A stretch of DNA of 58,253 nt, counting the filler, from Asterionella formosa (taxonomy: Eukaryota): the NCBI GenBank assembly GCA_002256025.1. It is 8 parts of 8 records of this genome, joined end to end, with 100 filler letters (N's around TTAATTAATTAA, not from the genome) between each part and the next. Parts side by side here need not be neighbours in the genome. Positions count along the whole stretch, not along the records: positions 29,204 to 36,394 come from NKIB01012505.1; positions 36,495 to 43,684 come from NKIB01012506.1; positions 43,785 to 50,972 come from NKIB01012507.1; 5 more parts are not named here. The stretch is one strand, 5' to 3'. Below are positions 35,721-46,980 of the stretch, one piece after another; within the stretch, counting starts at the first letter, position 1; each line of letters starts with the position of its first letter. The translations under genes and the position numbers were made by a program. The notes beneath the pieces are model-generated. The model was not told where the DNA came from and ran no database searches. It saw nothing but the letters and a program-made list of their open reading frames with translations.

Positions 35721-35804
35721 AGTTGCGGTCATTTTGTTTAAACAAACATTTTAATATTGGATAACAATAGCTAAACTTCTAGTTTCAGCATAATAACCGC
35801 AACT
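35721..35804. mobile_element. 84-bp mini-MITE
   Basis: Inverted termini AGTTGCGGT/ACCGCAACT, with a second copy at 21688-21773. Confidence 0.7.
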
Positions 35805-36053
35805 TGCAGGTGCCTTGCATTCGTTAGATTTTTCTTATGTACACCGATACATACCGGTACTCTGGTAGGTTACTCACCTATACTGGTGTGAACGATCATT
35901 CAACGATCTCTTCCTTTCTTTCCCTGTTCACGCAAACATTTTCCATATTTTGCTTGTCGCTCCACTTGATTCTTGTAATTTTTTACCTTTTGTCGCTCCA
36001 TTTCACTTTTTTTCTTGTACATTCTATATTTCCTTCATCCTAAACCTTCCATC

Positions 36054-36394
36054 ATGGAGACATACAGGAAACAAATTGCTGATCTTGAGGCCGAGATGGA
36101 CTTTCTCAGACGCAGCACGTCAGAAGCACTTGAAAAGAGTTGGGAGGAAGTGGAGCGCTTGCAGCGAGAACGCGAAAATGTATCCAAGGAGATGGCCGAC
36201 ACGAATTTTTTCGTCGATACCATGCCTTTCGTATCATACGAAATGGACAATGCGTCAAGTACTATTCGTCTGGATGATCCTAGTAGCGCTCAGAACAAGT
36301 GGAGATCCTCCTTGTCCGATTCCCTCAAGAATCTGGGAGGTACGCGTCGCTGGGGAAGGAGACCAAGTGCAATCCAAACCAGCATCGAACAGGA
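36054..36394 (+). CDS. Coiled-coil protein, 5' part
   Basis: METYRKQIADLEAEMDFLRRSTSEALEKSWEEVERLQ heptad pattern after a pyrimidine-rich leader. Truncated by the scaffold end. Confidence 0.6.
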
Positions 36395-36494
36395 NNNNNN
36401 NNNNNNNNNNNNNNNNNNNNNNNNNNNNNNNNNNNNNNTTAATTAATTAANNNNNNNNNNNNNNNNNNNNNNNNNNNNNNNNNNNNNNNNNNNN
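36395..36494. other. Artificial scaffold-joining linker
   Basis: N44-TTAATTAATTAA-N44. Confidence 0.97.
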
Positions 36495-39400
36495 CCCCCC
36501 CCCACTCCCACAGTGAATCAGAAGAAAACCCCATCGAAATCCTCCCTCACCAACCTCACAAAGACAAAAAAACAAGGCTCAGTCAACATGTAATACTTAT
36601 TTTAAGCGCCAGCCGCTTCCATCATCAACCCTCCCCTCTTGCACAGAGCCCACTCCTACCTCTCCCTCTTGTTCTGATTATGGCAACACGAAGAAGCGCA
36701 CTGCAACGGCCGGAACCACCACTGATCCATCACCCAATCCTGCTCCAAAGCGCAACTCTACTGTCTCCACTGGCACGACTGTATTTCCTGCTACCTCCCC
36801 CTCTATTCTCCCTCCACCCAGCACCGCCAACTCTCCTCCCGAAGCCTCCTTCCTTCAAGCCTGGCTCTTCTTCAGTGTTCCCCTCCCACAGATCACTCCA
36901 CTTCCAGTTCATTATTCCTCTGATCAAATCGCAACAACAGTCCGATCCCTCCTCACCGCCATATTCTTCCATGATCGCTATGCTCTTTTACTCTCTGTCA
37001 CTGGAAAACCTGACAAGCAGATCACTCGGGACTCCCCAATACCCACTTCAGTTGCCTCGTGTCAATCATTTATCCGACTCAACAATTTTTCGTCTCTTCT
37101 CCGTGGTGGTCGCACACTCCCAGACCATGTAGTCAAAGGCCGAATTCATCTTCGTACCTGTCAACCCATTCAATCTCTTCTAACTACAGTAACCACTTCC
37201 CACCCTCAATGGACAGTGCGGCGCGACCAATTTCATGGAGATGTCCCAGTTGACTGTGGTTGGTTACTATACTCGTCCAAAAAGATGAACCGTCTCGCTA
37301 TACAATCGCAACTAACAGCATTGGCTTTCGCAGAGCTACAGATTGCAATCCCTTTTGTCTGCCTTTGGAGGCAAGTCGATGGCCCTGGTCGTTATCCCTC
37401 CATCTCCACATATACTATTGTTATTTGCACTTCCCCACCCTATCAGTCCAATGCACGTCGTCTTCTCCAAGAAATCTTGTCACCTGATGAACAGTCGAAG
37501 TTCCCTACCAGGTTCCCATTCCAATGCACCATGATTTTCCTTTCACCACACTTTTTAGGTTTATCAGACCAGTCATACGCTCAAAAGATGCAAGAGCAGC
37601 AAGAATTTCAAGCCAATAACGAGGCAGTCCGCATCACTGGTCTCCTTCCCCTCACACACATCTTTCCTGACACATTTGAAACCTTAGGCGGCTCACTTCT
37701 TAGCTTCCCCGAACCCTCTCCTGGCTCCCATTATCTTCTTTGTAGCATTGAAACAGATCCAGCCAATCCATCTGTACTCTTTTTTTGCACTCACTATTCT
37801 AATGTTAGCTACCTAGAATCTCTTATAGAAACTCTCTTTCCAACTCTGAGACAAATCTATCCAACCTTGACCCCCGAAGATGTGTGGCTGGCACCTGACC
37901 ACCACCACACCACTCAAACATTGGAAGATCTCCTTTCTCACTCCAACACAACTCTCTCTCATCTTCTCGATTTCACCCCCTATGGCCTTTCTGACATGCC
38001 GGCTCTCCCCAACCCAACCTCCCACAATAGGTCCCGACCTGTCTCACGCTATGGTAAAGGCGGCAGAGGGCGCCGAAACCATAGAGGATCCCTCCCTTCC
38101 CCCTCTGCCCACTCATCCAATCACCCTCATCCCTCTGACACAACATTTCCGGCCCTGACCCCCAATCCATGGTATAATTCTCCACCTTCACTTTCCAGTA
38201 CCACACTATCCACGGCATTTGAATCCACCACAAACTCCGAGCTCCAATCACTGACCACTACATTATTAAGGCTTCAAGCCCAAGTTGACACTCTGACTAC
38301 TCATATTGCTACTCAAGTCCCTCTTGCCCCTACTCCCCCATCTGACACCACGGATATCGCAGCATTAGACATCAGCCTGGAGCACTCAACACCGCCTTTT
38401 TCCCTCTCCGCTCTCCGCGCAGCCATTGAACCCACCATAAAGTTTCCCTGCAGGAAGAAGTACTACCTCAACTCTCTGCACTCATTACAAGAGAGGTATC
38501 AAGCACAATCAATTCCTCTGAATTTGGTAATGCCATCTCTGAAAATATCCGCCAGCAACTAGTCTTTCACTTCCACCCCTCTGCCTCCCAAATCTCAACA
38601 GCAGAGTCGTCTCAACCCACACCTATGATAACTGGGGGAGACGACAGCGAAGATTAGTAGGCTTGGCAATTCTGCTCCTCTTGGTGAGCAGATGACGCCG
38701 CCTCCATCCCAAGCATCATGGACACAAAGAATCTCCCGACACTTTCAACCCACCTCTGACTTTACTTCTCTTCGTACAACTGTTCAACCACAGAACTCAT
38801 GGGGAGATCCACTACAAGAGCCCTCCTCTTGTCATATCCGCATCTTATTTCAGAACTGTAATACTTTTAACAGAGATTACTATGAACAATTCACCTATCT
38901 CAACCAGATAGCATCACTTCACCCGACAGTAGTTGGTCTCTCTGAAACCAATATTAACTGGTCCAATCACTCCACTCATCAATCTATCACCGATTCAATC
39001 AAGGCCCGATGGCCCCACCGTTGTTTAGCGACAGCTCACACCCCCAATGCTGTTCCCTTGACCACTATATCACAGGCTGGAGGCACATTACAATTCGTCA
39101 CAGGCAGATGCAGCGGAAGAGTTCTAGCCACAGGTAGTGATCCTCTTGGCAGATGGAGCTACCAGACACTCCGATCACACTCTCATAACCGCCCGACATT
39201 TATAACAGCTTATCGAGTCTCTCAGAATCAAAGAACAGGCCCACAAACAGCATATGAGCATCAGCGTTCCCACTTAATTGAACATTACAAAGACAATAAC
39301 CCCAATCCACGGCTCTCAATGCTTCAATCTCTCCAAACATTCATTATTTCCCTTACAGCCAAAAATCATGAAGTACTCTTGATGTGGGATGCAAACTCTC

Positions 39401-41175
39401 TTGCGTCAGATTCTGATATCGCCCTCTTTCTGCGTACATGCTCTCTCACTGATCTTCTATCCTCCCGCGGCATTCCATCCCATGCATCAACCTCTTCCAG
39501 AGGACGCCACATTGACTTTATCCACGGCACTCCACTTCTCCTCTCAGCAGTCCGAAGGGGTGGGATTCTGAGTTTTCACCAAAGCCCCCACAGCGATCAT
39601 CGAGCGCTCTATGTAGATCTCGACGAAAAACTCCTCTTCCAGGATAGCTCGACAGACCCCACTGCTCCCAGCCACCGCCTACTCCGTCTTAGCAACCCAG
39701 GCCAGTGTGCCAAATATCTAGGGGCAGTCAACGAATACCTTACCTCGCACAAAGTGTTTGATCGACTCAACCTTCTTGTCCATCTTAATCTTTCACACAA
39801 CTCCTTACAGGAAATTCAAGCAGCTTATGAATCACTCGACAGAGATATCACAGCAGCTCTTCTGAATGCTGAACGACGATCGGCCCGAGCTTCATATGGC
39901 TATCCCTGGTCCCCCTAACTGATGCGCTGTAGACAGGACTACCTTTCTTGGAAAAAGCGACGCTCCGATTTTATCCGCTTTGGTGATTCTCTGGCAAGCC
40001 TATCAAATCTCTCTACTCTTAAATTTCCAGACCTACCCACCCTCCTTGACCATAGACAGGATCTAGATTACCTGACAAATTGTCTTCAAGCTTCCCGTCC
40101 AAAGCTTAATGAGTGTCAGGCCCACTCGAAATCACTACGCACAGCACATCTTGAAGAACGAGCATTATATGCAGCTCAAACATCAGATTGTAAGGCAGAA
40201 ATTGCTCTGAACAACATCCTCAAGGCTGAAGACATTCGCCGAACCTTTCAAAAACTTAGAAAACATGCAAAAGGGCAACACCACTCTACCCTCCAACGAG
40301 TGGAAATGCCACTTCTACACCCAGATGGATCTCCCACTGGGGCAACCACCTCTATTTCCAATCCTGCACAACTGTTCACAGCGATTATCAATCAAAACAA
40401 AGAACACTTCAGCCAGGCCACCTCTTCCCCCGGAGCTAGTGGCCGCCTGAGCACTTTCATTCCGCCATTCTCCCGGAATCAGTACACAGATGAAATATTG
40501 GCAGACACTTTCGTCACTCCCAACATTGACCCTATTGAGGAGGTTAGCCTCTTTCTTCAAGCAATGGCTAAACCCATATCTCTCCAGGGCATTGATTCCA
40601 TTGATATCACCATCACTGGAGAGAATTTTCGATCTAGCTTCAAGAAACTCCCTGAACACACAGCGTCCAGCCCCTCTGGCCATCACCTTTCCCACTACAA
40701 AAATCATGCTCGAGATGAACGGCTGTCTGGTCTAATTGCCATGATGATCAGTATCCTTTTTAGAATTGGCTTTGCACCACGTCACTGGCGCACTGCTATT
40801 CAGATTATGCTAGAAAACGATTCAGGGGAGCCCCAGATACACCGTTTGCGAGTCATCCAGCTACTCGAGGCAGATATGAACCTGGCCTTTCGACTCCTCT
40901 GAGGCAGGCGACTAGTATATCATGCCCTCTCCTATGACGTTCCTACAAATGGAATTTTGGTAATCTTCCTGGAGCCAGCTGCCTGAGTGCACTCCTCTTA
41001 AAAGTGGTCTCCTATGATTATATTCGCGCTCGCCAAACCACAGCCATTGTTTTCAATAATGATGCTAAGACCTGCTACGATCGGGTTATTCCATCCTTGG
41101 GATTGATGGCCACAGAGCGTTTTGGGATTCCGCCTTCTGCAGCCACCTATATGCTAGCTATTATCTTTACAATGA
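36495..41175 (+). mobile_element. Non-LTR retrotransposon (LINE, Ambal-like): decayed ORF1 (~36680-38560) and ORF2 with APE endonuclease and the start of RT; 3'-truncated
   Basis: APE motifs RILFQNCN, GLSETN, DPLGRWS, WDAN, IDFI and SDHRALYVD. RT motifs SSPSGHHLSHYK, LRVIQLLEADMN and NDAKTCYDRV. In-frame stops at 39916 and 40900, a frameshift at ~40940, and a C-rich strand bias. Confidence 0.88.
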
Positions 41176-42749
41176 GCAACCAATATTGCAAAATCCCCAT
41201 TAGCACGTACAGAAGGCGTCTGTAAATAAAAAATATCATGAAAATATGATCAAGGGTATTGTACAGTAAGTGGCACGGGATTTTCGTATATATGATAATT
41301 TTTGTATCAAAAATATGATCATGGTATCTTGTATCTATGATGATTTATTAAAATGTTACCAACCTTGAAGTATAATGATAATAGGAACATTATCATCACA
41401 CAATGTATATAAACTGATCAACAACATTTCCCATCAATATCATAAACCTTCTCATTTTATTTTCACTTCTCGTGATCGCCCGATGTAAATTATAACTACA
41501 ACGTATCCTAAAACCAGCTCAACTCTATGCTATCATGTGAATTGTTTCATCGTAAATCTATCGTAAACATGATCATACTTCTAATCACAAGCATTGTTCA
41601 AAATAGATTGAAATTGATCGTAATTTAACTATCAAATTAAGCAATGCTATCTATTAATCTACATGCCAGCAACCCAACGTTTCTCTATCTACTCGGCTCA
41701 ATGTATATTCTTTTCTCGCTCTTTCTTCCTCTGTTCTGAATCGTGCGTCTCTCTCCCTGCTGTTAGTGTCACTCTGAACTCGCCGACTATTCCGTTGTTT
41801 GATTGGTTTTATTGTCCTATGCATGTAGTTACAGTTACAATGAGAAGGAATAATTTGTTAGCTAGTCATGGTACATTGACACAAGAACACGCAATTCCAT
41901 CGTATCCTCTTGCTTCACTTACCACAAATCAATGCAACTGATGCATAAGTCTGTAATAGTTACTTGTCAGTAAGCCAAATTCTTGAATAAGTAAGTTTCA
42001 GGTATCCAATGTTGTCGAATAAAACTTACCGGTTCATTTTTGTCATCTTAACTTTGAGAGAATATAAACGTTTTGTTAGTTTTGTTCCAACAGAAGTGAA
42101 TAGGTCCAACGAGCGACAAGAGCACTTACGCAATTTGGTTTTGTTTTACATTGGTACTCCCCAACAAGCGAAATGAGCTGTTTAATCAACTGAGAAAAAA
42201 GGAAATGTGGCTGCGTTTAGTTAACAATTTGTTGTTGTGCTGCCTGTCTCCCAACGATTGTCATCCAAGTACCACATTGATGGCTTCATTACCTTAATCA
42301 TTCTCCATCCTTCGAATGCGCAATGTTTCGAAGTCACAATGTTTTTCGTTATGTATTGCGACAACTTTCTTTTCTTGTCATGTGCTTTACTACGACGTAT
42401 CTTTTCATGAAGCAGCAGGCATTGTTTGTTAACATGACAGAACGATTTCAAAAATATAAACGCCATGAATATAGTAAAAATAAAATTTGTAAATATATAT
42501 ATATATTAAGTTTTATACATTTATAAAATTCAAAGGCGCTCTCGATATGGAACATCTGATATGGTTGAGATGATCATACTTGCATATACATATTCGAAAA
42601 TACTCAATGCACTATATGTCCATTGTTTTCCATGACTACGTGTACCGGTATTGTTTCTGAAATTTGTTTGCATCGATATTTTCTACGTCCGTTGAAACTA
42701 ATTATTTAGACCGTACAGAGTACCAGTAGCAGGTAAGTGATATACAGGG

Positions 42750-43360
42750 GGTAGTTGGAGTAGTAAACTAGCAACAGAACACCATATGTTCAGGACTGTT
42801 GCTACTGCAGTGGGACAGTAAATCATCATATGTTTAGGATCGTATGATCGTAAAACTATAAACCAATAGTCGGAGTTATCAGCAAGCAACAAAACACCAT
42901 ATGTTCAGGACTGTTGCTACTGCAGTGGGATAGTAAATCATCATAGTTTTAGGATTGTATGATTGTAAAACTATAAACCAATAGTTGGAGTTATCAGCAA
43001 GCAACAGAACACCATATGTCTATGACTGCTGCTACTGCAGCGGGACAGTAAATCATCATAGTTTTAGGAACATATGATCGTAGAACTAAAAACCAATAGA
43101 ATACCATATGTTCAGGACTGTTGCTACCATAGCACACTGAAGTGGGACAGTAAATCATCATAGTTTGAGGATTGTATGATCGTGAAACTGAAAAGCGGTA
43201 GTCGGAGTAATAAGCAAGCAATAGAAAAGCATAGTAAATCATCATAGTTTAAGGATTGTATGATCGTGAAACTGAAAAGCGGTAGTTGGAGTAATAAGCA
43301 AGCAATAGAACACCATATGTCTATGACTGCTGCTTCTGCATCGGGACAGTAAATGAATTT
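42750..43360. repeat. Degenerate minisatellite, ~115-bp period, ~5-6 units
   Basis: ACCATATGT recurs at 42781, 42896, 43011 (period 115), 43103 and 43312. GTAAATCATCATAG and GTATGATCGT also recur. Confidence 0.9.
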
Positions 43361-43380
43361 AAGATCATCGAACTTTAAGG

Positions 43381-43684
43381 AAGACAACGACAACAGCTGG
43401 TCGTGTTGCTGGTCCACTTTTAATGGCCGAGGAAGGAAGCAATAAAAAGATCACCATTACGAGCGGAATGAGAGAAATCGCTTACGACGCCAAGTCTGGA
43501 CGATTCGTTGAGACTAACTTGCAGGAAGAAGAATGCATTCCTGACAAGGAATACTGTGTCATCGATCCGGAAAGTGGGGAACTCATTCGTCTCACAGTAG
43601 CCGAAAAGGAGCGTATCTTTCTGGACGCGCTTCAGTCCTACTATGCCACTGGAAGGCAAATGCTCAAGGATGACGAGTTTGACC
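43381..43684 (+). CDS. PGRL1: PGR5-like protein 1 (plastid cyclic electron flow), partial
   Basis: YCVID..LTVAEKERIFLDALQSYYATGRQMLKDDEFD matches the conserved PGRL1 N-terminal region. It is preceded by a transit-peptide-like KTTTTAGRVAGPLLM and truncated at the 3' end. Confidence 0.82.
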
Positions 43685-43784
43685 NNNNNNNNNNNNNNNN
43701 NNNNNNNNNNNNNNNNNNNNNNNNNNNNTTAATTAATTAANNNNNNNNNNNNNNNNNNNNNNNNNNNNNNNNNNNNNNNNNNNN
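43685..43784. other. Artificial scaffold-joining linker
   Basis: N44-TTAATTAATTAA-N44. Confidence 0.97.
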
Positions 43785-44202
43785 ATGATCCCGAGTCTGG
43801 AATTCTGCCAATGGTTTCATAAAATAGTGAAATCTTGTGGGAACCAAGGTCATTGTGGGGCAATATCTTGGTGAGCGTCGTATTATTGGGAATGCTTTTT
43901 GGACCCCACCAAGAGGTGACCCACATTTTAATGTTGGCATTTCGAGACCATTTCAAGTGTTGGGAAATCACTGCGGGGTCGGTGTCATTGTATCGTCCCA
44001 ACTTGGGCAGTTGAGGTGGCAACAGCTTCTCCCGAAGAAATGGAGATCCCTTGTGAAAGTCAGTACCATACCAAGGATAGTAATATGCCCCAACGGTTAG
44101 ATTTGTGAAAAATGGTGGAGATGCTGAGAAGGACGAGCACGATGGCGACTGCTGCAACAGAAGGAATAGAAGTGTGTGAGAAGCGACAGTCCAATGGGTC
44201 AT
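43785..44202 (-). CDS. Glycoside hydrolase family 99-like (endo-alpha-mannosidase/mannanase), 5' part
   Basis: Signal peptide followed by VGAYYYPWY, PKLGRY..DPAVISQHLKW, WVTSWWG and LFYE. Confidence 0.8.
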
Positions 44203-45505
44203 GGTTGTTGTTTGAGTTTGTCGAAAAAGTGAGCCTTTCAATTCAACAAGGAGTTTATTCTAGATGGTTTTACATTTCAAACCCCATGATTGGTTCCAAG
44301 ATCGATGGTATTATTGCTTTTGTGGGAATGTTTGAATAACCATCCATGATCTGGTTTATACCTCCCGGTATATGATTTTAGTATAACTTGATATGGTGAA
44401 CCCGGCACCTCATTCTGCGGTATTCTCTTATTGTGTCGCCATTTTGGAAAATATGTGTTCATACATATCCATGAACCGTTCCAAAACGGTTTGAATATCC
44501 CCCTTTTCCTGTTTCGACATGGATATGCATACAGTCGTCAGTTGATTGACATGCATTCGAGAATAATAGTGTCACATGGAACCACTGCTACCGTAAGCAA
44601 TTTGCATGAAATGATGGTCCGTTTCATCGACCGGGATCAGTTGTTAGATTGTCAGTTGGAAGAACAGCCCTCCTCCTCCTTATGCAAACATGAATCGTTC
44701 CAAAATTTAAAAAAAAGGCAGGGGCGGAGTATCAGGCACAGCAACATCGCTTTAACGGACCTGCTTCCCGTTTATGGTATGTGTACCATCACATACCTGG
44801 TACCTGGTGGTACACTCCGCCGAGCACCCATTATTGTGTTACAGAAGGTAGAAATATGTTCAGAAATATAGCTGTGTTTTTATTTTGAGAATCAACCATC
44901 CATTACGTAGGGCATCCTTTCTTGGACGACCACAAGCAGCGATAGATCAAGTCTAACGGAGGGCGTACAGTACCAGGGGTACCTGATGCTAAGAACTGCA
45001 TACAGTACAACGGTACCTGGTACCAGGTAACAACAACAAATTATAATCAACTACCGGTAGACGGTTTTAGTACCAGGTACCTGGAACCAGGTACTTGGAC
45101 CTGAGGATGCATGGTGTCGGTAATTTGGACTGTCGAGGAGAACCTGTTAGCTACTGTAGTACCTGGTACCTGTTGGTAGGAGTCCTTTCTAAATACCGGT
45201 ATAAGGGTACCGGTGCAACAGTACGGTACCAGGGTACTAGGTACCGTATTTGGAAAATGGCCGACATAAAATGTATTCTACCGGAAGGTCCGTTAAAACA
45301 CGTTTGGTACTTAGTAAAAGATTAAGCTAAATTTCTCGGATACCGGACCTTGCCGGTATGTGCATCACTCATAGTTATCCTGGAAGGAAATTGAATGCAT
45401 TCAATGATGAACTGTTGCCTTTCACATATCATCAGATTGCAACAAAGCAGACAAGTGATTACCAACCTATGTAGTACAAAAAGTACCAATAATAGAAACC
45501 ACAAT

Positions 45506-46627
45506 ATGATTCGCCGGTGCAGTGCTGTTCTGGCAGCTGCGCTCATGCTTCCGCTACATTGGAATCTCCCATCAGCCAATGCTGTCTGTATCAGCAACCT
45601 CAATGACATTGTCTTTCCTGAAATAGAATTGGCACAATCAGGCGGTGATACTTCCACCGAACGGATTTATGTTCTTTGCCCCAACACTAACTTTGTCGTC
45701 GGCAACGCGTTGAATGCGTCAGATCCTCTGAATTACACTGGCGGGTCGTTTCCATTGGTGCTGGTCAATCCTCACATGACAGTATTCTGTGGAGACGATG
45801 GGATGTCCTCGAACAATTGCACCGTCCAAGGAGGTGCGAATCAAGTGATAGCATTGCAGCATGATACAATGCCGCTAGTTTGGTCTGATATTTATCCAGA
45901 TATATCGGATTTTAACTTGTCGGGAGTGGTCTTCCAAGGAGCCACCCGTTTGGCATTCAGCATCAACTCCGTCGGGACCAATGTCCGTATCAATGATTGC
46001 ACCTTTGAAGATCAAAAAACAGGTGACTTTGTCATGTATTTAGATTCGCCAAAAAAGGCATTCCCGGTTCAGCGCCGTAGGGAAAAAAAGGCCTTGACTA
46101 CTCCCACGGTGGAGCAAAATGCTGATATCTCTGTTTCTGTTACCAAATGTACCTTTCGGAACAATCAAGTTGCACTCAGTGTTGTAGCTACCATTGGAGC
46201 TGTTTACACTCATTTGCGCTCAAGTACCTTTAACAACAATACCATTCCTGAAAGTGACAATGGATTGGGCAGTCTATTGTGGTTCACTGATGGTTCAGGA
46301 ACCATTATGAACAATTGTTTCCTTCAAAATCTTTACGCCTTCAGTAATACCCTGGTCAACGGAGGGTTTTTTGAATTTTTCGACAATTACGCAACTGATA
46401 AACCCCGGTATCAAATCATTGGATGCGATGACACTGCATTTGTCAAGAAGGATGATACCCTTGCTGATGCCATATCCAATGAACTCTATATTTGTGGAGG
46501 CTACAACACAACAAATGAATGTTTGGCCAACAAGGTGGCTACGGCCACCACCAGTGCGGCATGGAGTATCACCAGAGCCAGCACTTGGTGTGTCCTGATA
46601 GTGATGTCAAGACTCACAACCGTATAG
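45506..46627 (+). CDS. Secreted/surface protein with parallel beta-helix-like repeats
   Basis: Signal peptide MIRRCSAVLAAALML..ANA, motifs YVLCPNT and CGDDGMSSNNC..GG, and repeated IxxCTFxxN. The C-terminal TSAA plus hydrophobic tail is a possible GPI signal. Confidence 0.75.
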   Translation: MIRRCSAVLAAALMLPLHWNLPSANAVCISNLNDIVFPEIELAQSGGDTSTERIYVLCPNTNFVVGNALNASDPLNYTGGSFPLVLVNPHMTVFCGDDGMSSNNCTVQGGANQVIALQHDTMPLVWSDIYPDISDFNLSGVVFQGATRLAFSINSVGTNVRINDCTFEDQKTGDFVMYLDSPKKAFPVQRRREKKALTTPTVEQNADISVSVTKCTFRNNQVALSVVATIGAVYTHLRSSTFNNNTIPESDNGLGSLLWFTDGSGTIMNNCFLQNLYAFSNTLVNGGFFEFFDNYATDKPRYQIIGCDDTAFVKKDDTLADAISNELYICGGYNTTNECLANKVATATTSAAWSITRASTWCVLIVMSRLTTV

Positions 46628-46980
46628 TGCACATGTCTGAAGGAAGTTTGCACTTGCCAAATATACTGTTTCTTTGGTCCATGGGAGAAACCATAATCAT
46701 GCAACAACGGCTGAACCAAGATAAGGAATAAACCAATATATTTAGTAACATTCTTTTGTTGAAATTTAACTTTAAGCGATCCACATTTTCGCCCCAATAT
46801 GTACATGTATACAAGGTCATTTTGATGAAGAGCATGGGACCCATCAGTGGAATGACGAAACACTGACAGGAACGCCAATCTATCCACGGCAAAATACGAA
46901 CCAAATTTGCTGCCTTTTGTGGATAAAAATATGAAAACTATATGATGCAAAGAATCTTGAAATCGGATCGAGAACAAAGG

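Noticed and set aside
42750..43360. CRISPR array
   Set aside because: The whole 115-bp units are homologous with no unique spacers, there are no cas genes, and the context is eukaryotic.
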